From a virus (Duplodnaviria; Caudoviricetes), in IMG/VR virus record IMGVR_UViG_3300027754_000185, positions 1-42,228 of that record: a stretch of DNA of 42,228 nt. The stretch is one strand, 5' to 3'. Below, in pieces: positions 26,089 through 36,441 of the stretch; position 1 is the stretch's first letter; the number at the start of each line of letters is the position of its first letter. Below the pieces are notes generated by a model. It saw only the letters and a program-made list of their open reading frames with translations. It was not told where the DNA came from and did no database searches. The position numbers were made by a program, and so were the translations under genes.

Positions 26089-27870
26089 ATGTTAGCTTTA
26101 AATTTCCTTGAGCGTTTTCATTTCAATGAGAGCGCAAGGGTTAGCTGTCCCTTTTGCTCTTCAGAACGCAGCAAGACAACAGCCAAAGACCTCAGTCTGA
26201 TCAAAAAGCCTGATGGTGCAATCCTTTACCACTGCCATCACTGTCAGGTCAGTGGCTCATACCAACCAACTAAGAAGGAGAAACAATTGAGTGCCATTAA
26301 TTTTGATTTTGATTTTGAACTTGAAAAAACAGAAACAACCAAGATCCATTCTGTCCCTAATTCAACCATCAAAAAACCATTGGAGCAGAAGCATTACAAC
26401 TGGCTTCAAAGCAGAGGAATCAGCAAAGCAACAGCAGACAAGATGAAGCTGTTCTCTCAGGAAAAATTCTTCCAAAAACTCAGCAAGACCAGCGATAGCA
26501 TAGGGTTCCCCTACTACAGGGACGGAGCATTCGTTGCAGCAAAATACAGATCATTCCCGGAGAAAGCGTTTACACAAGAAGAAGGTGGGGCACATGATTT
26601 CTTTGGTCTCGACAACATAGTCAAGGGCAAGCCAATCATCATTGTTGAAGGAGAAATTGATTGCCTGACATTGATTGAGGCAGGGGTTGAGAACGTTGTG
26701 TCAGTGCCTGCGGGTGCTCCCATCAAGGTATCCGATGGCAAGGTCAATGCATCTGAGGATAAGAAGTTTAGCTTTATCTGGAATGCAGTCGCCATACTTG
26801 ATGCAGCCCCTTATGTTGTGTTGGCTACAGACCAAGACGCACCGGGTCAAGCCTTGGCTGAAGAGTTGGCAAGAAGGATAGGTAAAGACAAGTGCAGGCT
26901 CTCAAAGTTTGATGGTAAAGATCTTAATGAAGTTTGGCTGGGAATCATCAATGACCCGTCACGGACAGATGACCCGACACGGAATAGGTCAGAGGCAGTC
27001 CTCAAGGTCAAGGAGATTGTTGAGAAGTCTGTGGCGTATCCAATTGCAGGACTCAGTGACGCTTCAGTCTATGTAGATCGTTTAAACAACTTATTTAACA
27101 AGGGAACCGGCAAGGGGTTCAGCACCGGCTTTGATGCCGTCGATAAGATTTACACAGTGGCCCCGAGTCAGATGACTGTGGTGACAGGATACCCAAGCAG
27201 TGGCAAGAGCAACTTTGTGGATCAGATGATGGTCAACTTGGCTAAGTCAAATGATTGGAAGTTTGCCATCTGCTCGTTTGAGAACCAGCCTGAGATTCAC
27301 ATCAGCAGATTGATGGAGATTTACACAAAGAAAAGATTCTTTGAGGGCACTGACCGAATGAATGACACCGAGAAAGATCGTGCATTCAAATGGGTCACTG
27401 ATCACTTCATCTTCATTGACACCAACAGTGAGGAACCATCGACCATTGAATCAATCCTCAGTAGAACCAAGATTGCCATCAAAAGAATGGGTGTACGTGG
27501 GTTGGTGATTGACCCTTACAACTACATCGATTTGCAGAGAAAATCCACTGAGACCGATGCGATCAGCGACATGCTGACTAAGGTGCAGAAGTTTGTCAAG
27601 GGCTACGACTTGCATTGCTGGTTTGTTGCTCACCCTGCAAAGATCAATCGAACCGGGGTAGATCAGCCAAGGCCAGATGGCATGAGCATCAGCGGGTCAA
27701 TGTCTTGGTGGGCCAAAACAGACAACGGAATCACAGTGCATCGCAAGGATCAGGTGGTAGAGATTGCAGTGTGGAAATGCCGATACCGCTGGGTTGGAAT
27801 GCAGGGAGAGACGACCCTGCTCTACAACAAGACATCTGGAACCTACAGCAGCAACAACGATCATTTCTGA
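26089..27870 (+). CDS. T7 gp4/Twinkle-like primase-helicase
   Basis: Zn finger CPFC...CHHC; TOPRIM VEGEIDCL and ATDQD; Walker A GYPSSGKS; Walker B LVIDP; VAHP.K. Confidence 0.92.
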   Translation: MLALNFLERFHFNESARVSCPFCSSERSKTTAKDLSLIKKPDGAILYHCHHCQVSGSYQPTKKEKQLSAINFDFDFELEKTETTKIHSVPNSTIKKPLEQKHYNWLQSRGISKATADKMKLFSQEKFFQKLSKTSDSIGFPYYRDGAFVAAKYRSFPEKAFTQEEGGAHDFFGLDNIVKGKPIIIVEGEIDCLTLIEAGVENVVSVPAGAPIKVSDGKVNASEDKKFSFIWNAVAILDAAPYVVLATDQDAPGQALAEELARRIGKDKCRLSKFDGKDLNEVWLGIINDPSRTDDPTRNRSEAVLKVKEIVEKSVAYPIAGLSDASVYVDRLNNLFNKGTGKGFSTGFDAVDKIYTVAPSQMTVVTGYPSSGKSNFVDQMMVNLAKSNDWKFAICSFENQPEIHISRLMEIYTKKRFFEGTDRMNDTEKDRAFKWVTDHFIFIDTNSEEPSTIESILSRTKIAIKRMGVRGLVIDPYNYIDLQRKSTETDAISDMLTKVQKFVKGYDLHCWFVAHPAKINRTGVDQPRPDGMSISGSMSWWAKTDNGITVHRKDQVVEIAVWKCRYRWVGMQGETTLLYNKTSGTYSSNNDHF

Positions 27871-27930
27871 TGACCCGTCACGGACAATTACGGGTGGTTA
27901 TCGGGTGGCTATCGGGTGGCTATCGGATTT
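27870..27930 (+). repeat. 17-bp repeat copy followed by three tandem 11-mers (TCGGGTGGCTA-like)
   Basis: ATGACCCGTCACGGACA at 27870-27886 (also 26951-26967); cgggtggtta-tcgggtggcta-tcgggtggcta-tcgg. Confidence 0.85.
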
Positions 27931-28021
27931 CTATTGGACTTCTATCGGAATAGCACCCCCCGGAAAGACGCTATTTTTCCGGATCGATGTATCTCTGTTT
28001 AAACAACCGCATAGTGTGTCC

Positions 28022-28558
28022 TTACGTAAGGTAGGCAAAGCCTAATTTCTGATTCCTGCAACGCCACGCTACTGTTGGTCTTGGCATATTCAATGCTTTT
28101 GCACATTCAACAACGGAACCCCATGTTCCACTTGGTGTGCTAACCATTCGTGCTAAGTAATGTTTTGAACCATGTTTTGCGCTCCTCTTAACCTTAACCT
28201 CTGGCCTATGCATGGGGTTATTTTCTCCCAAACACCAAGGATGTGGGATGCCCCGCATGGATTGAGATTTCTTTTGGCGCGTCTCATCGGTATCAAGTTT
28301 TCCAAGATTGCCCAACCTTGCGTTTTCACTCCCAGTGCCAATAAACACGTTGCCAAGCTCATATGGGCCAACATCCCCATTTCGGCACATACAAAACTCT
28401 GCTGCACCGCGACCCCGTTGCTCCAACTTTCCAGATGCGTTCCAAAGTTCCAACCATTGCTCAAACGTCAGCAAGAATGAAATTCCCCTAGTTCTGGCGT
28501 TTGACTTTTGCACCTTATAAGCCTTTAAAAACTTTGCTTGTTCTGTAGCTGTATACAT
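28022..28558 (-). CDS. Free-standing HNH-type homing endonuclease with NUMOD-like DNA-binding tail
   Basis: RGISFLLTFEQW...MCRNGDVGPYELGNVFI; ETRQKKSQSMRG; GENNPM; SVVECAKALNM HTH. SD AAGGAG. Confidence 0.75.
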   Translation of the reverse strand: MYTATEQAKFLKAYKVQKSNARTRGISFLLTFEQWLELWNASGKLEQRGRGAAEFCMCRNGDVGPYELGNVFIGTGSENARLGNLGKLDTDETRQKKSQSMRGIPHPWCLGENNPMHRPEVKVKRSAKHGSKHYLARMVSTPSGTWGSVVECAKALNMPRPTVAWRCRNQKLGFAYLT

Positions 28559-28737
28559 GGCAACTCCTTTGTTAACTTATTGCCAAATATACCATATTAC
28601 GATATGGCAAGGAGCATGTACCGGCATAGATTTACGACCAAATTGAATTTTCTTTTATTTTTTGTTTAAACAAAATACGAATTCTTAACATAAAGATTCT
28701 TATGACAACGTAAAGATTTTTATGTATGTTTAAACAG

Positions 28738-28785
28738 AAAGTCCACAGAGTCCAAAACCTAGTGGTCTTGAAGTCTATGGACTTT
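28738..28785 (-). other. 22-bp RNA hairpin on the minus-strand transcript
   Basis: AAAGTCCATAGACTTCAAGACC-ACTA-GGTTTTGGACTCTGTGGACTTT, with 3 G-U pairs and 1 mismatch on the minus strand. Confidence 0.65.
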
Positions 28786-28798
28786 GTCTCTACACAAT

Positions 28799-28823
28799 TT
28801 TCAGTCTACATGCAAACTGAAAA
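28799..28823. terminator. Possible terminator-like hairpin just after the 28825 stop
   Basis: TTTTCAGT...ACTGAAAA inverted repeat, weak AT-rich stem. Confidence 0.3.
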
Positions 28824-28824
28824 T

Positions 28825-29061
28825 TTAACTGCTCTTGCGGATGTAAAACACCGCTGAGACCGGGTGATCGAATGACCGGATCACCGCCACTGAGCCATCT
28901 TGATTGATCTTGGTGACTATCCAGCGATCCTTTGCATAGACTAGGTATCGCTTGCGCTTGGGGGCATGACTGACCCCCACCAGAATGGCACTGTACCGGG
29001 CCAGAGCGGCCCTACAGGCGTCAGAATCGCTGGAGAGTACCTCAACCCGCCCCCAGATCAC
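28825..29061 (-). CDS. Hypothetical protein
   Basis: 78 aa, GGAG SD, overlaps the upstream gene. Confidence 0.55.
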   Translation of the reverse strand: MIWGRVEVLSSDSDACRAALARYSAILVGVSHAPKRKRYLVYAKDRWIVTKINQDGSVAVIRSFDHPVSAVFYIRKSS

Positions 29062-29353
29062 TGGAGCCGCCTACAGGCTTGCCCTTTTCAATCTCAGGAT
29101 CGATCTGGACAAAATCCCTGATGCTCATCATCTGCTTATAAAGATCAGGGTTTAGCGCGTCCCCGTGCCTGATCAGCACCAAGGCTATGCAGTCCCACAT
29201 CTCCGGGGCTTGTGAGATAAGCCTAGCGTTTAAACGTTGGCTCTTGATGGTCAATGTCTTGGATGCACAGTCAGCTATCCGCATCATGCCAAAACTGGTC
29301 TGCGCCCATACAGTGCGTTGTTTCTTATCTGCAAGCCAAGGACTGTTAAACAT
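29042..29353 (-). CDS. Hypothetical protein (NARLI.APEM motif)
   Basis: IADC...NARLISQAPEM, a common phage motif. Start 29353 inferred from the GGGAG SD. Confidence 0.65.
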   Translation of the reverse strand: MFNSPWLADKKQRTVWAQTSFGMMRIADCASKTLTIKSQRLNARLISQAPEMWDCIALVLIRHGDALNPDLYKQMMSIRDFVQIDPEIEKGKPVGGSSDLGAG

Positions 29354-29618
29354 AATGAAATTTCTCCCGCTGTTCAAAAGCCCTGATCAAGTTTCTTTTT
29401 CGTTCTGGATCGTCCAATGGGATGGTATATGCTTTCCAGAATAGATTCTGATTAGCATCAGCCTCTTTTCGACTTCTCGCAAGCCAGACTTCATCAAGCT
29501 TTCCCCATCTCGATACAACCGCCTGTTCAATCATTCCTTGAATCACAAGTAAAGCCAATCGGTGAACCTCAAGTTCCTCTGGTTTAACCGGGTGATAAGT
29601 CATAATAATTTTAGTCAT
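29346..29618 (-). CDS. Hypothetical protein
   Basis: GGAG SD and ATGA coupling at 29618. Confidence 0.6.
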   Translation of the reverse strand: MTKIIMTYHPVKPEELEVHRLALLVIQGMIEQAVVSRWGKLDEVWLARSRKEADANQNLFWKAYTIPLDDPERKRNLIRAFEQREKFHYV

Positions 29619-29701
29619 AGTGGTCTCCAAAAAACAAAATCAACCACAACAACAAGAATGCCCATTGTGTAAACAACAGCCCACATAATCTTATCAAACA
29701 T
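29615..29701 (-). CDS. 28-aa membrane peptide
   Basis: Hand-translated MFDKIMWAVVYTMGILVVVVDFVFWRPL. GGAG SD, fills the gap. Confidence 0.6.
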   Translation of the reverse strand: MFDKIMWAVVYTMGILVVVVDFVFWRPL

Positions 29702-29969
29702 TGGTATTCTCCAGTATTATGTGTGTTGTATTAAACAAATCTAAAATATTAACTAATGTATTGATACCCTTAGAATCATTTGCGCCCCACTCGCTATATG
29801 TTCTTAATACCTCCCGTGCATCGAATTGTCGGCCTTCATTTATTGCGTCAGTTATATAATCATTAATCCATTCTGCTGTTATATCTCGAAAATAGTGACT
29901 GTCATGCAACCCCCAATCATCAGCAGATAATGTCAAGGTAATATGCTTGGCGATTTTTACGTTTCTCAT
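29694..29969 (-). CDS. Hypothetical protein
   Basis: 91 aa, SD TAAGGA. Confidence 0.65.
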   Translation of the reverse strand: MRNVKIAKHITLTLSADDWGLHDSHYFRDITAEWINDYITDAINEGRQFDAREVLRTYSEWGANDSKGINTLVNILDLFNTTHIILENTNV

Positions 29970-30042
29970 TTAAATAATCCTTATCAACTGGCATCGGAAT
30001 CAATGCCCGATAACCCTGCAAGCAAGGCTATCAGTCTTCGAC

Positions 30043-30435
30043 TCAGGTGCTGCTGACCTCATTGGGTATATTAATTTCCTCGCCCATCTTGGACGCCACA
30101 TAACAGCGCATGGCTGCGATCAATGGCGTTGGGCCGCAATATTCTTCTACAAATTCCTCATCCTCCCAAGTAGTTGGGGATGGAAGCGCGGCAACCCATC
30201 CGTCAATAATTCCAGCAAGGCGTAAACAATCAATAGCAATACCCTCCCGCTCAATGATCGGCCCACCTTGCGCCCAGTTGGTTGAGGGTTCCCAACTATC
30301 AAATTCGTACCCGTGCCGTGCCATATCGCGCATCGGCCTGCCGTTTTCATTGAAGTAGACGCCGATGGTGTCGTCCTGCATCACCTTCGCCACTGCATAG
30401 TCAAGGGCAGCGCCCTGTAGTTCAGATGTTTTCAT
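30043..30435 (-). CDS. DUF2591/NinX-like phage protein
   Basis: SEL.GAALDYAVA...PSTNWAQGGPIIERE.I...GPTPLIAAMRCYVASK.G. Confidence 0.85.
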   Translation of the reverse strand: MKTSELQGAALDYAVAKVMQDDTIGVYFNENGRPMRDMARHGYEFDSWEPSTNWAQGGPIIEREGIAIDCLRLAGIIDGWVAALPSPTTWEDEEFVEEYCGPTPLIAAMRCYVASKMGEEINIPNEVSST

Positions 30436-30447
30436 TTTATTAATCCT

Positions 30448-32186
<1,739 letters not shown>

Positions 32187-32190
<4 letters not shown>

Positions 32191-33638
32191 AGTTCACCTC
32201 CGATTAAATTTTCGTTGATTGACGCCATGCGGATAGCCTCAAGGGCCAGCGCGGACTCAGGGGGCTGCTTGGCAGCAATAGTGGTATCCCATGCCTCGCG
32301 CACAGTCAGCAAGTCCAGTGCGCGTACAAAGGCAATCAGTTGGCGCAGGGAGGGGGCATCCACAATGTCACCAGAATCAACCTTGGCCCGTGCCAGATTG
32401 ATAGACTTGACAACGTGCCGCGCCAGTTTTTCGGTGCAGTTGGTATGGCGCACTAGTGCTCTCACCTCGGTATCTTCCGGAAGATATTTAAACGATATCA
32501 CTCTAGCAAAACGGTCCAACAGGCTGCTGTTCATAGACCGGGTTCCGGCATAGCGGCCTGAATCGTCACCATTCCCTAGGGTATTGTCCGCGCCCATCAC
32601 CAAGACGCCAGCAGCGCGAGACCAGACCCGCCCCCCAATATTTACATGGCTATTAGGTTCCAACAGGGAGTTAAGGACTGCCAGATTAGCCGGGTCTGCA
32701 TTCGATATCTCATCTAGCAGAATCACCGCGCCGGGGGTTACAAAGGCTCTCAGGAAGTCGCCCGGTACAAATTCAGTTGCGCCATTGACCAGACCAACAG
32801 CACCGACAAAATCCTCCGGGCTTGTATGCTTGGTAAAGTTTATGCGTGTAAACGCACGTTCTGTCTTCGCTGCAAACTGTTTGACTGCCTCCGATTTCCC
32901 GGTAGATTTTGGACCGCCTAGCCAAATATTTTCCCCGGTCCTCTGCGCCAGCACAAAGTGCCTGATCAGGGTCTCGGTCCATATGTAATGGGGGTCCACT
33001 GGAGGGGAATCAGGATACCCCCACAAGTCAACAGTCAGGGTCTGACCCTGACGGTCCATCACCAGTACATCGAATACCCACAAGCAGGTTTCTTGCGCCA
33101 CTGGTGCAGCCAGCACCGTCATCACCGCCGCTTTGACTGTATCAGTCGCCCCCGCCAGTGCATCATTGATGGGCCTGATGGCAGCAGCCACTGCACTCGC
33201 AACAGCAGCAGAGACCGCTGCCGGGTCCACCGCCGGGACTCTCTGAGCAGCCAGACTAGCAGCCTCTGCCCTTGATGCCACTGCACCAGCAGCATCAATT
33301 GCACTGGTCAAATCAGTCGCAAGCTTGTCTATCCTCAGATTAAGGGTAGTCACGCCATGCGCCACTGCACGGGCGGCTTGTATTGCTTGCGCGGCTTGAC
33401 CAGCAGCATCATCAGCCTTTTGCTTGGCGACAGATGCATCAGCAGCAGCCCCGGCAGCACTCGCAGATGATGCCCCGCCAGTGCATACTGCCCTGACCTT
33501 CGCGGCATCAAATCCCTCACGGTCCAACAAGACCGAATCAAGGGCTTTAGACCCTTGTGGTGCAAACCCTGCCGATTTAACGGCCTCAATCAGCATGGTA
33601 GTGGGGAGGGCCAGCAGCCCGGAAAGACGGGCGCTCAT
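32187..33638 (-). CDS. MoxR/CobS-like AAA+ ATPase
   Basis: Walker A GPKSTGKS, Walker B ILLDE, YAGT..MN.SLLDRF, SLRQL. Ala-rich coiled-coil N-terminus. Confidence 0.9.
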
Positions 33639-34147
33639 ACACTGGCCTCCAGCACCATAGCAACCTCATGCACCGGGCAGATGGGCATACCAACCCGCGC
33701 CCACTTAGCGGTCAGGCGTACATGGTACTTGCAGCTAGGGCAGACGGCCTTTAGCATCCTAGTAGACTGCACTGGCCTTTCACCTACAGTCAGGGCAGAG
33801 TGGGGGTATTCTCCAAGTTCTTGAATCAGGTCCAGCCAGCGCCCGTCAGAGAATGCCCCGGCAGTGTCAAGACCAGCAGCAATTGGGTCAGCCTTGGATG
33901 CCATGCACAACTGCGCCAGCAGGACGACAAAAACGGCAGTCGAGTCAGCCACTGTCGGGCTGATCAGTATCTCGAAAGTGCCATCAGCAGAGGCTTTGTC
34001 GGACCAGCACTCGCCAAGAGTGCCAGAGCGGCGAAAGGTTGAGGGAAACCCGCATGTTATGCGGACCCTCGGCAGTGGATGCCCGGTAGCCTCAAACAGA
34101 GGCGCGGCCTCTTGCGCCGCCGCCGTGAGCCAGTCTTCGCGGTTCAC
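33635..34147 (-). CDS. SprT-like protein with C-terminal Zn ribbon, HExxH apparently lost
   Basis: REDWL...VRITCGFP...GECW...EILISP...YPH...TRMLK..CPSC.Y.VR.T.KW...P.CP.H. GTG start at 34147 overlaps the upstream stop. Confidence 0.7.
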   Translation of the reverse strand: MNREDWLTAAAQEAAPLFEATGHPLPRVRITCGFPSTFRRSGTLGECWSDKASADGTFEILISPTVADSTAVFVVLLAQLCMASKADPIAAGLDTAGAFSDGRWLDLIQELGEYPHSALTVGERPVQSTRMLKAVCPSCKYHVRLTAKWARVGMPICPVHEVAMVLEASV

Positions 34148-34284
34148 AGTGCACCGCCATTCGCTTTTACTGAGAGGCAAGCGTTGTAGCTGCCAGTGTA
34201 GATAATCCTGTAACCATCACGTTCTCTATCGCCCTTGCAGACGATCATGTTCCAGTGGCGGTCTCTCTGAGTGGTGTAAACCAT
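34144..34284 (-). CDS. Hypothetical 46-aa protein
   Basis: Hand-translated MVYTTQRDRHWNMIVCKGDRERDGYRIIYTGSYNACLSVKANGGAL. GGAG SD. Confidence 0.6.
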   Translation of the reverse strand: MVYTTQRDRHWNMIVCKGDRERDGYRIIYTGSYNACLSVKANGGAL

Positions 34285-34346
34285 TGTGGTTTCTCCAAAA
34301 AACTGCAAAAGCGCAGTCCAATGCCCCTAGGGCATCAGACTAAGTT

Positions 34347-34466
34347 TTAGGCTTTGACCCTTGAAATAATGCTCAGACCATCATGGTTTAGGCTGCACCA
34401 TGCACGGGCTGCTTTGAGTGTCTTGAATGTGCGCCCGTGGGCTTTCCAAACGTAACGGGTTTTCAT
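34347..34466 (-). CDS. Hypothetical 39-aa basic protein
   Basis: MKTRYVWKAHGRTFKTLKAARAWCSL... GAGG SD, ATGA overlap. Confidence 0.55.
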   Translation of the reverse strand: MKTRYVWKAHGRTFKTLKAARAWCSLNHDGLSIISRVKA

Positions 34467-34621
34467 AATTCAGTCACCTCAATTTCAGACTCGCTCCAGT
34501 GGTCTGCATCAACAGGGTCAAACATCTCACGGGCTGCATCTCTAGCTGCCTCTTCAGATGCGGCCTCAATTTCAAAGGTCTTGTAGCAGGTGAAGGTCAT
34601 CTCCACGTTGAAGGTTTTCAT
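34463..34621 (-). CDS. 52-aa protein with EIEAASEEAA motif (DpnD/PcfM-like)
   Basis: MKTFNVEMTFTCYKTFEIEAASEEAARDAAREMF... GGAG SD, first gene of the leftward block. Confidence 0.65.
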   Translation of the reverse strand: MKTFNVEMTFTCYKTFEIEAASEEAARDAAREMFDPVDADHWSESEIEVTEL

Positions 34622-34660
34622 GGTCTGGTCTCCGGTCAAGTCAAAATCGACTCAGATCGG

Positions 34661-34689
34661 ATTTGAGCAGGGTACTAGCACCTTGTCAA
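34661..34689 (-). promoter_or_regulatory. Possible sigma70 promoter of the leftward early block
   Basis: Perfect TTGACA, N17, TGc-TCAAAT. The -10 lacks the conserved A. Confidence 0.35.
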
Positions 34690-34972
34690 CGCCCATGATA
34701 TTGTCCGACTAAAACTTAGGGGTATTAGGCATCAACTGGTTTCTATGGGGTCTAGCAGAATGCGCGATGCGCCTGTGCGCGCACGTAGCAACTGCCATGC
34801 CATTAGGCAAAAAGCTTGTCGCATATGTGACTTTGGAGGGTGTGGCGTAGAAACAACAAACCGCTCAGGATCGATTTAAACAGAGGGGGTAAGGGCAGGG
34901 TAGCCAAAATGCCTTTGCGTCCAGCCTGAGCCGTTCTGATGCGTTCTAGAGGCATGTATGGATATACAGTTT

Positions 34973-35067
34973 TGTGGATAACTCAGCCATTTTTGACGTT
35001 TTTTGTGGGGATAACTTGATCTCCAGATGTGGACAACTAAACCTGTGGATAACATCCTGTGGACAAC
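34973..35067. promoter_or_regulatory. Cluster of five co-oriented DnaA-box-like 9-mers
   Basis: TGTGGATAA at 34973 and 35044; TGGGGATAA at 35006; TGTGGACAA at 35028 and 35058. Consensus DnaA box is TTATCCACA. Confidence 0.75.
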
Positions 35068-35136
35068 TCAAATGGGGCTAGAATGCGAACAGATGCAACA
35101 GGTCACTAACTGACTGCCTAGTAACGAAGGAAACCC

Positions 35137-35724
35137 ATGAGCCTAATTAAAGACCATCTAGAGCAAATAAATACTGATCAGTCACAAAATGAAATGGACA
35201 GTTCAGAAAGCGACTATGTGGATCAGCCAGATGATGCCCTTGATGCAGAGATGCTGGCATTTGATGCGGAGTCCCCGAGGCGCAGATATGGATCAGTCAG
35301 GGTCAAGATGTTGACCGTCAGTCAGACCAAGTTCGTGGAGGGGATTATTGCAGGGTCTACCCAGCGTCAAGCATACCGAGACGCCTATCCAAATGATCGC
35401 AGCAATGATGCCTGCACCAGTGCAGCAGCAGCCAAGCTGATGAAACATCCAACAGTCAAGCAGCGGCTGGAGGATGCATGGGGCGAGACCATGGAGAATC
35501 TGGCAGACGATTCAAATGCGACAAAGCGGTTTGTATTGAGGAGCCTGTTGGCACTGTGCAAACAAGGCCAGACCGAGGCGACTAAACTCAAAGCACTCGA
35601 CCTCATGGGCCGCTCAATTGGCTTGTGGAAAGACTCACAAATGATCATTGCACCAGCACCTAGTGCAGCACAACTGAAGCGTGATCTAGCCGGGCATCTG
35701 AAACTGTTTAAACAGAAGGCATGA
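35137..35724 (+). CDS. terS: Terminase small subunit
   Basis: LT.SQ.KFV.....G.TQRQAYRDAY...AAAKLMKHPTV...KLKALDLMGRSIGLW. SD AAGGA, upstream of terL. Confidence 0.75.
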   Translation: MSLIKDHLEQINTDQSQNEMDSSESDYVDQPDDALDAEMLAFDAESPRRRYGSVRVKMLTVSQTKFVEGIIAGSTQRQAYRDAYPNDRSNDACTSAAAAKLMKHPTVKQRLEDAWGETMENLADDSNATKRFVLRSLLALCKQGQTEATKLKALDLMGRSIGLWKDSQMIIAPAPSAAQLKRDLAGHLKLFKQKA

Positions 35725-35841
35725 TGCCTTGTGGCGCAGGCCATGCAGCGTAAGTGAGTGCTAACTGGGTGTTTACACGACCCCACCGGGGGGGCATGGC
35801 CCCCTTTTGACCCGCATGACCCCGCTCCCGTATACGCTGTA

Positions 35842-35888
35842 ATCCACTCAAACATTTCCAATCAAACCTATCCACTCAAACATTTCCA
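35842..35888 (+). repeat. 19-bp direct repeat amid G/C homopolymer tracts
   Basis: ATCCACTCAAACATTTCCA at 35842-35860 and 35870-35888. Confidence 0.85.
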
Positions 35889-35981
35889 TAGGTTTACCCC
35901 CCCTTGTCTTTTCCCTTCTGACCCCCCCCGGTATACATAAAAAAAAATTAATGTAGAATGCGAACGTTCTTATTTTGAGTT

Positions 35982-36233
35982 ATGAGAGTTGTTGTGAAGA
36001 AGCTTCCAAAGAAATGTCAGCTTGTGTATGAGTTTTTACAAGCTTACTCAAGGATGCATGGTATGCCACCGAGTTATGAGGTAGTGGCTAAGAGTTTGGG
36101 TTTGTCTGCTAAGTCAAACATCCACAGGATTGTTCATAGGTTAAAGGATGAAGGGTTGATCACAGTGAAGGCGTATAAATTTCACTCGGTGAAGATGATT
36201 GATAGGTCAGTTGACGAGATAAAAAACCTGTAA
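35982..36233 (+). CDS. LexA-type winged-HTH DNA-binding protein (no peptidase domain)
   Basis: QLVYEFLQAY...HG.PPSYEVVAKSLGLSAKSNIHRIVHRL...G.I matches the LexA N-domain. Confidence 0.85.
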   Translation: MRVVVKKLPKKCQLVYEFLQAYSRMHGMPPSYEVVAKSLGLSAKSNIHRIVHRLKDEGLITVKAYKFHSVKMIDRSVDEIKNL

Positions 36234-36404
36234 AAATATATATGCAGATTGACTTATATACGCCACGATAGTAATTTGTTAAATATCTATACAGATCAAC
36301 AACTTACGTACAAATTTTGGAAATAACTTAACATAATATGCGTTTTTTTGCCATTTTTAGCCAAAAACCTGTCAAGTCGGTTTCCCACAAAAACAACACA
36401 ATAA

Positions 36405-36441
36405 TCACTACATGTAGTGGTCAAATCACTACCGGTAGTGA
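36405..36441. promoter_or_regulatory. Tandem 16-bp palindromes resembling NrdR boxes
   Basis: TCACTACATGTAGTGG (36405-36420) and TCACTACCGGTAGTGA (36426-36441), 21 bp apart. Confidence 0.6.

Noticed and set aside
28022-28558. Group I intron around the HNH gene
   Set aside because: No interrupted host gene; the gene is free-standing with its own SD.
34340-34719. 11-bp inverted repeat CTAAAACTTAG (34340-34350 / 34709-34719) as invertible-segment ends
   Set aside because: Short, only one pair, and no recombinase in the window. Could be chance or an operator.
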